Shown here piece by piece: positions 51,307 to 57,907 of a stretch of DNA of 64,000 nt (the first letter of the stretch is position 1; every line of letters begins with the position of its first letter). Under the pieces are notes generated by a model. It was not told the origin of the DNA and did not search any database. It worked only from the letters and a program-made list of their open reading frames with translations. The stretch is taken from the NCBI GenBank assembly GCA_902612915.1, contig CACMFH010000003.1, positions 204 through 64,203 of the forward strand, given 5' to 3'. This stretch comes from an uncultured SAR86 cluster bacterium. Lineage in GTDB: Bacteria; Pseudomonadota; Gammaproteobacteria; Magnimaribacterales; D2472. The position numbers and the translations under genes were made by a program.

Positions 51307-52521
51307 ATGTCTGAAATTGTTGTTCAAAAATTTGGAGGTACATCTGTTGGAACAGTCGACAGGATAGATTCTGTAGCTGAAATAATTAAAAATGCCTCTA
51401 AATCAAACAAAATAGTTGTTGTAGTCTCGGCAATGGGTGGTGAGACAAATAGACTTGTTGATTTAGCTAAAGCGTTTGGAGATGATCCTGACAAAAGAGA
51501 ATTTGATGCCTTGGTATCTACAGGTGAAACAGTAAGTTCCGCTCTATTAACTATGGCACTTCATTCTAAAGGAGTAAAAGCAAAATCATTTTCGGCATCT
51601 CAAATTTCTATGAGAACCACTAGTTCATACTCTAAAGCAAAAATTCTTGATGTAGATGCTAAGAAAATTTTAGATGTTGTTGAAAACGATACGATTCCAA
51701 TTATTACAGGTTTTCAAGGAGTGACAGAGGGTGGCGATGTGACAACTCTTGGCAGAGGAGGGTCTGATACAACAGCAGTAGCTATTGCAGCTCAAATTGC
51801 AGCAACTAGATGTGACATATTTACAGATGTTGATGGAATTTTTACCACAGACCCTGGTGTAGTTCCTAATGCAAAAAAATTAGATTCAATTACAATGGAA
51901 GAGATGCTTGAGCTTGCAGGTCAGGGTGCAAAAGTCGTGCAAACTAGAGCAGTAGAATTTGCTAATAAATACAAGGTTCCAGTAAGAGTTTTATCAAGTT
52001 TTAATGATGGAAATGGAACTTTAATTTCATTAAAGGATGAAAGTATGGAAAATGCATTAGTATCTGGAATAGCATTTCAAAAAGATCAGGTAAAGTTTAC
52101 CCTTCATAGTGTTGGAGATACTCCTGGTACAGCTTTCAAGATACTTGGACCAATAAGTGATGCAGAAATAGAAGTCGATGTTATTGTTCAAAATGTAAGT
52201 ATTGACGATAAAACAGATTTTACTTTTACCGTATCAAATGAAGACAAAGAATCAGTTGAAAAGATACTCACAGACCTCAAAACTGAAGTTGACTACAAAG
52301 AGGTAATAATCAATTCAGACATTGCAAAAGTTTCTCTTGTAGGAGCTGGAATGAGATCCCAAGCTGGTGTTGCAAGTAAAGCTTTCAAAGCTCTTTCAGA
52401 GAACGATGTAAACATTCAAATTATATGTACATCTGAAATTAAGATTACAATGGTTATTGATGAAGCATTGGTTGATAAAGCAGTTAATGTCCTTCATGAA
52501 GAGTTTGAACTTGAAAAATAA
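51307..52521 (+). CDS. lysC: Aspartate kinase (monofunctional)
   Basis: Motifs VVQKFGGTSVG, LGRGGSDTTAVA and TDVDGIFTTDP, with C-terminal ACT domains. Confidence 0.92.
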   Translation: MSEIVVQKFGGTSVGTVDRIDSVAEIIKNASKSNKIVVVVSAMGGETNRLVDLAKAFGDDPDKREFDALVSTGETVSSALLTMALHSKGVKAKSFSASQISMRTTSSYSKAKILDVDAKKILDVVENDTIPIITGFQGVTEGGDVTTLGRGGSDTTAVAIAAQIAATRCDIFTDVDGIFTTDPGVVPNAKKLDSITMEEMLELAGQGAKVVQTRAVEFANKYKVPVRVLSSFNDGNGTLISLKDESMENALVSGIAFQKDQVKFTLHSVGDTPGTAFKILGPISDAEIEVDVIVQNVSIDDKTDFTFTVSNEDKESVEKILTDLKTEVDYKEVIINSDIAKVSLVGAGMRSQAGVASKAFKALSENDVNIQIICTSEIKITMVIDEALVDKAVNVLHEEFELEK

Positions 52522-53856
52522 ATGTACGACATAATTTTAAAAAATTGCAACATTGTTAATGAAAATCAGATCAAAGAATCAGATATTGCTATCAAAAATC
52601 AAAGAATAGATTTAATTTCAACTTCCATAGATTCCGAAGCTAGAGAAGTAATAGATTTAAATGGTAGATATGTAATACCTGGATTGATTGACGATCAGGT
52701 CCATTTTAGAGAACCTGGACTAACTCACAAAGGTGACATAGCAACAGAATCAAAGGCTGGTCTTGCTGGAGGTGTAACTAGTTTCTTTGAAATGCCAAAT
52801 GTAAATCCAACCACTACTACAAATGAAAACTTAACAAAGAAGTTTGAATTGGCTAGTACTAGAGCTCTTTCTAATTACAGTTTTCATCTTGGAGCAAGTA
52901 ATACAAATATTGAAGAAATTAAAAAGGTTGATATTAATCAGGCATCAGCACTTAAAGTTTTTATGGGAGCCTCTTTTGGAGAAATGCTTGTAGATGATAT
53001 TGATGCACTTGATGACATTTTTAACTACTCACCATTGATAGTTGTAACGCACTGTGAAGATCAAAAAACTGTAAAGAAAAATGAAGAGATATATCTAAAT
53101 AAATATGGAGAAGATTTGTGTGCTGAACATCATCATTTAATAAGAGATGTTGATAGTTGTTATTTATCAAGCTCATTAGCAGTCGATTTAGCTAAAAAAT
53201 ATGATGCTGATCTCCACGTATTCCATTTAACAACCGAGAAAGAAATGGAATTATTTACACCAGGTAAAGTTGATGGCAAAAAAATTACTGCAGAGGTATG
53301 CGTTCACCACATGTACTTTAATGAATCTAGATATGCAGATCTTGGTAATCAGATTAAATGTAATCCATCAATAAAATTTGAGTCTGACAGGCTTGCGCTT
53401 ATAGACGCATTGCTTCAGGACAAGATTGATATTATTGCGACCGACCATGCTCCTCATACATGGGAGGAAAAAAATCAAACCTATTCAAAGGCACCTGCTG
53501 GACTTCCGCTTGTTCAACACGGTATGCAAATACTAATGGATTTTTATCATCAAGATATTTTATCGCTTGAAACAATAGTTCAGAAAACAAGTCATAATGT
53601 TGCTAACAGATTTCAAGTTAAAGATAGAGGATATATTAGAGAAGGATATTATGCTGACCTTGCAGTTTTAGATTTAAATACTCCATATACAGTATCTCAA
53701 GATAACATTTTGTATAAATGTGGATGGTCTCCTTTCGATGGACATACATTCAAATCTTCGATATTTATGACTATTGTTAATGGTAATATTGCTTTCAAAG
53801 ATGGCAAAGTTGAAGAAAACTTACCAAATGGTATGCAAATAGAATTCGATAGATAA
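52522..53856 (+). CDS. pyrC: Dihydroorotase (amidohydrolase superfamily, long class-I/III type)
   Basis: Motifs GLIDDQVHFREPGLTHKGD, GGVTSFFEMPN, ALKVFMG, VTHCED, HVFHLTT and ATDHAPH. Note QxH in place of the usual HxH. Confidence 0.75.
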   Translation: MYDIILKNCNIVNENQIKESDIAIKNQRIDLISTSIDSEAREVIDLNGRYVIPGLIDDQVHFREPGLTHKGDIATESKAGLAGGVTSFFEMPNVNPTTTTNENLTKKFELASTRALSNYSFHLGASNTNIEEIKKVDINQASALKVFMGASFGEMLVDDIDALDDIFNYSPLIVVTHCEDQKTVKKNEEIYLNKYGEDLCAEHHHLIRDVDSCYLSSSLAVDLAKKYDADLHVFHLTTEKEMELFTPGKVDGKKITAEVCVHHMYFNESRYADLGNQIKCNPSIKFESDRLALIDALLQDKIDIIATDHAPHTWEEKNQTYSKAPAGLPLVQHGMQILMDFYHQDILSLETIVQKTSHNVANRFQVKDRGYIREGYYADLAVLDLNTPYTVSQDNILYKCGWSPFDGHTFKSSIFMTIVNGNIAFKDGKVEENLPNGMQIEFDR

Positions 53857-53911
53857 TTTAGTTATCTTTATATTTTCAAAGAGTTATAATCCCTCTTCTT
53901 AAATACAAATA

Positions 53912-54001
53912 GGAGAGTTGGCTGAGTGGTCGAAAGCGCCTCCCTGCTAAGGAGGTAACTGGGCAACTGGTTCGAGGGTTCGAATCCCTCACTCTCCGCC
54001 A
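53912..54001 (+). tRNA. tRNA-Ser (anticodon GCT)
   Basis: GGAGAGT acceptor, anticodon arm CCTCC-CTGCTAA-GGAGG, a long variable arm, T arm GAGGG-TTCGAAT-CCCTC and an encoded CCA. 90 nt. Confidence 0.95.
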
Positions 54002-54021
54002 GATATGTGGTTTAATAAGTT

Positions 54022-54876
54022 ATGAGTAGTGAAGCAATTAAAAAATTCTTAGATGGTTTTTCAGTTGAAGTAACACCAAAGGCTGCATCTAAAATAGAAA
54101 ATTTTGAAGATTATATTCCTTCAGGAACCCTTGTATATATTGCACATATCGAAGGGACTCCGATTGAAGAGATGGTTGAAACAGCTAAGAAAATTAATGA
54201 TCAAGGCTTTTGTGCAATGCCTCATTTTCCTGCAAGAATTATCAAGGATAAGAATGTGCTTGAAGACTGGATTTCTAGATATAAAAATGAAGCTAATGTT
54301 TCAAATGCGCTCTTAATTGCTGGCGGCGCAAATAAACCATACGGACAATATGATTCTTCAATTCAACTAATAGAATCTGAACTATTTGATAAAGCAGATT
54401 TTAATAATCTTCATATCGCTGGACATCCTGAAGGTAGTATGGATATTGATCCCGATGGATCAACAACCAATGTTGATCAAGCGCTGTCTTGGAAAAACGA
54501 ATTTAGTAAGCGAACTGATGCAAATATGGCAATCACTACACAGTTTAGTTTCGATGCAAGTTCTGTAATTAGCTGGGCAAATAACATAAAAGAAGCCGGC
54601 ATTGACATCCCTGTACATATTGGCATAGCTGGCCCTGCAAAATTACAGACACTACTTAGATATTCGATTGAATGTGGTGTTGGAGCTTCTATTAAAATAA
54701 TTCAGAAACGTGCAAAGGATTTAACTAAATTGCTTTTGCCATATAAGCCAACGAATATCATCACAGAATTAGCAACTTATAAAGCTAATAATCCTTCATT
54801 TAATATTGAAAAAGTTCATTTCTTCCCGCTAGGTGGAATCAAACAAGTGTCAGATTTCGTTAAAGAAGCCTGTTAA
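54022..54876 (+). CDS. Methylenetetrahydrofolate reductase-like (MetF family) protein
   Basis: 284 aa with a layout parallel to MetF (FSVEVTP.., ITTQFSFD versus ITQFFFD, HIGIAGP versus IPGILP). It is divergent, so substrate specificity is uncertain. Confidence 0.55.
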   Translation: MSSEAIKKFLDGFSVEVTPKAASKIENFEDYIPSGTLVYIAHIEGTPIEEMVETAKKINDQGFCAMPHFPARIIKDKNVLEDWISRYKNEANVSNALLIAGGANKPYGQYDSSIQLIESELFDKADFNNLHIAGHPEGSMDIDPDGSTTNVDQALSWKNEFSKRTDANMAITTQFSFDASSVISWANNIKEAGIDIPVHIGIAGPAKLQTLLRYSIECGVGASIKIIQKRAKDLTKLLLPYKPTNIITELATYKANNPSFNIEKVHFFPLGGIKQVSDFVKEAC

Positions 54877-54964
54877 TTATGTAAATAAAATTTACCTAAT
54901 TTTTGCGTTTTTGTTACATTCTTCTATTAACATATAAAATTATTTAAATAATAAGGGAGATATT

Positions 54965-55399
54965 ATGGAAGATATTATTGTGCAAAGTGCAATGGCTGAA
55001 ATAGCTATGTGGGATGCTTTTCATACTGGCAGAGGTGCAAACGCCACAGGGTTACTTGCTTTAATCCTTGGTTTTTGGGTTGCAGCCAGATTTAGCAGTG
55101 TTTCACTAGAAAAAAATGTAAATTTATTTGGAAAAATAATTATTACTGCTTTTGCAGTAAGTATATTTATGATGTCAGTAATTGTATTTACAAATATTGG
55201 CAATCTTTTTGAAGGTCAAGCTGCGGCTCTTGCTGCACTTGATGCTGCAAATGGTGACGTTGATCTTAGTCCTGCTGCTCAAGCTTATTTAGCAAGTCAA
55301 GACGAAGGAAGTGGTTTTGGTAGAGCTATGGCTTTGATGATGAGTATTTCAGCATTAGCAATAGCAGTATTACCACTGTGGATTAATACAAACGATTAG
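54965..55399 (+). CDS. Small membrane protein, unknown function
   Basis: 144 aa with about 3 TM helices and an Ala-rich acidic linker. A strong SD (AAGGGAG) lies 6 nt upstream and an intrinsic terminator follows. Confidence 0.6.
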   Translation: MEDIIVQSAMAEIAMWDAFHTGRGANATGLLALILGFWVAARFSSVSLEKNVNLFGKIIITAFAVSIFMMSVIVFTNIGNLFEGQAAALAALDAANGDVDLSPAAQAYLASQDEGSGFGRAMALMMSISALAIAVLPLWINTND

Positions 55400-55416
55400 T
55401 TAGAATAATTAATCTT

Positions 55417-55448
55417 AAAACGCCTATCTTTGTATAGGCGTTTTTTTT
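55417..55448. terminator. Bidirectional rho-independent terminator
   Basis: AAAA-CGCCTAT-ctttgt-ATAGGCG-TTTTTTTT: a 7-bp GC-containing stem flanked by A4 and T8. It sits between the convergent genes ending at 55399 (+) and 55447 (-). Confidence 0.85.
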
Positions 55449-56343
55449 AGAACAGCTCAGTTAGCATGCAACGGGCGGATCCACCACCGTATTTTTCAAT
55501 AGTAGGAATATCTGAGTGAATAATATCTTTATAACTTTTAAGCAGTTGTTCTTTTTGATCTTGATTTAATGCATTGAAAGCTGTCGATGAAATTATTAAG
55601 AACAGTTCGTTATTATTATTTTTTGCCTCTATAGCATTTCCACAGAAATTTTGAATTTGTTCCGGGGTCAATTCTATTACCTTGTGATAAGCATTAACTT
55701 TTTCTTTAACATAATCTCTGTGTTCTAGTTTTATAACATCAAGACATATGCCAATGATATCCGTTCCAACATACATCAATACATCCGTGTGATAAATTGG
55801 TGAGCCGGTATGACTTTCAGTTTCAAAGAGAACTAACTCATAATCATTATTTCTACACCAAATTATTAACTGGACTGCATTAGTTCTGGGTGAAATTCCA
55901 GCATAGACTATCCTGTTTACTCTATCAAAAACCATACTGCTCGTTGATTCTAAAAATACCTCTTTGTCCTCTAGATAAGACATATCATCTGTAAGTTCAT
56001 ACATATTCGTGAGATGCTCAATCATAGATGGCTTTTTTTCTTTTCTCCTGTTGGGTGCCATCATGCTAAAAATCTGCATAGTTTTATCATCGAAAGTGAT
56101 AAACCAATTTGGAAATATATGATCAGGACAATCCTTTGAACCTTTTAAACTTGTAACTTTAATACCTTTATCTTCAATTGCATTTTTAAGACCATGGAAC
56201 TCTAGTAATGCCTTTTCAGCAATAATTTCTGGTGTTTCGTCTGTTACCTGCTCTTGATAATGATTAGTAAATGCCGTTTGCTCATTTGAGTAGAAAGATT
56301 CAGGCTCAATCATAAATAAATGTGAAGTTGATTGTTTAGACAT
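55447..56343 (-). CDS. Amidinotransferase-fold hydrolase, arginine-deiminase-related (CtlX / citrulline-utilisation type)
   Basis: 298 aa starting HLFMIEPESFYSNEQT and ending with the C-terminal GGGSARCM (catalytic Cys of the guanidino-group-modifying superfamily). Divergently paired with ornithine aminotransferase. Confidence 0.6.
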   Translation of the reverse strand: MSKQSTSHLFMIEPESFYSNEQTAFTNHYQEQVTDETPEIIAEKALLEFHGLKNAIEDKGIKVTSLKGSKDCPDHIFPNWFITFDDKTMQIFSMMAPNRRKEKKPSMIEHLTNMYELTDDMSYLEDKEVFLESTSSMVFDRVNRIVYAGISPRTNAVQLIIWCRNNDYELVLFETESHTGSPIYHTDVLMYVGTDIIGICLDVIKLEHRDYVKEKVNAYHKVIELTPEQIQNFCGNAIEAKNNNNELFLIISSTAFNALNQDQKEQLLKSYKDIIHSDIPTIEKYGGGSARCMLTELF

Positions 56344-56385
56344 ATACTCCCTTGCTGATAAAATCTATGCGGTTAAAATACACTC

Positions 56386-57633
56386 ATGTCATCTAGTTTA
56401 CAAGACGAATATATTAAAACAGAATCCTTATACGGCGCTCAAAACTATTCGCCTTTATCTGTTGTATTAGAAAAAGGAGAGGGTGCATATCTTTGGGATG
56501 TTGATGGAAATAAATACTTAGATATGGTTTCGGCATACTCTGCAGTGAGTCATGGCCACTCGCATCCAGAATTATTGAAGACTCTTCATGAACAGTCTTC
56601 AAAGCTTGCAGTAACATCGAGAGCTTTTTATACAGAACCTTTTTCAACATTTTTAGAGAAACTATCAAAAGTGTCTGGTTTTGAATCTATTTTAACAATG
56701 AATACAGGTGCCGAAGCTGTTGAAACAGCCATTAAAGCTGCAAGAAGATGGGGTTACTTTTCAAAAGGAATTCCTGAGGACAAGGCAGAGATTATTGTAG
56801 CTAATGGCAACTTCCATGGAAGAACAACTACTATAGTTAGCTTTTCTTCGGATGCTTCATATAAAGATGGTTTTGGTCCATTCACTCCAGGATTTAACAG
56901 CGCTGAATACTGTGGTTCCTGTGACTGTCAATCAATTGATAGCTGCCTATCGATAGAGTCATTTGAAAAGAAAATCAATAAAAATACATGTGCCATTTTA
57001 GTTGAGCCAATACAAGGAGAAGCTGGAATAAGAGTACCCACTGATGGATGGTTAAAACAACTTCGTGCTTTATGCACCTCTAGAAATATCCTTTTAATTT
57101 TAGATGAAATTCAATCAGGGCTTGGAAGAACTGGAAAGCTTTTTGCCTATGAGCATGAAAATATTAAACCTGATGGATTGATTCTTGGAAAAGCTCTTGG
57201 AGGAGCAATACTCCCTATTTCTGCCTTCCTGAGTTCAAAAGAGATTATGAATCATTTTAATCCAGGATCGCATGGCTCTACTTTTGGAGGAAATCCATTG
57301 GCTTCAAAGATTGCCATAAAAGCGATTGATCTTTTGTTTGAAGAAAAGCTTATAGAGAATAGTAAAAAAATGGGTGAATACTTCTTAACAAGCTTAAGAC
57401 AAATAGATTCAAAAATAATTAAAGAAGTTCGTGGAAAGGGTCTTTGGATAGGAATGGAACTAAATAAATCAGATGTGAATGCAAAGGATTTATGTTTGAT
57501 GCTTTTAAATGAAGGTCTGTTATGTAAAGAAACTCATAAAACAGTTATAAGATTTGCTCCACCTTTAATGATTTCAAAAGAAGATTTAGATTGGGCGATT
57601 AATAAAATAACTAAAGTATTAAGAGCTATTTAG
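56386..57633 (+). CDS. rocD: Ornithine--oxo-acid aminotransferase
   Basis: Class-III aminotransferase with [49 protein letters not shown] and LGKALGG (PLP Lys). Confidence 0.85.
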   Translation: [415 protein letters not shown]

Positions 57634-57906
57634 GTGCGAATATATTCTAATTTTGAAGAGTTAGTCTTTGGAGAAATTGATAAGATTCCATACGGCAAGA
57701 CAAAGTCATATAAAGAAATTGCAGAAGCAATTGGAAAACCAAAATCATTTAGAGCTGTTGCAAATGCCTGTGGCAAAAATCCTATTCCGATAATTAGGCC
57801 ATGTCACAGAGTAATATGTTCTGATGGTAGCATTGGCGGTTATAGCGCAAGCGGAGGCACTAGACTTAAATCAATATTGCTAAAAATAGAATCTTATAGC
57901 GAATAA
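57634..57906 (+). CDS. Methylated-DNA--protein-cysteine methyltransferase, C-terminal (AGT) domain only
   Basis: 90 aa with IPYGKTKSYKEIA, RAVANACGKNPIPIIRPCHRV (active-site PCHRV) and GGY. GTG start lies immediately after the rocD stop. Confidence 0.75.
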   Translation: MRIYSNFEELVFGEIDKIPYGKTKSYKEIAEAIGKPKSFRAVANACGKNPIPIIRPCHRVICSDGSIGGYSASGGTRLKSILLKIESYSE

Positions 57907-57907
57907 T

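Noticed and set aside
53912-54001. tRNA-Ser as an integration site (MetF-like and small membrane gene downstream)
   Set aside because: There is no integrase or mobility gene, and I could not spot a repeated copy of the tRNA 3' end near 55400-55446 or further downstream.
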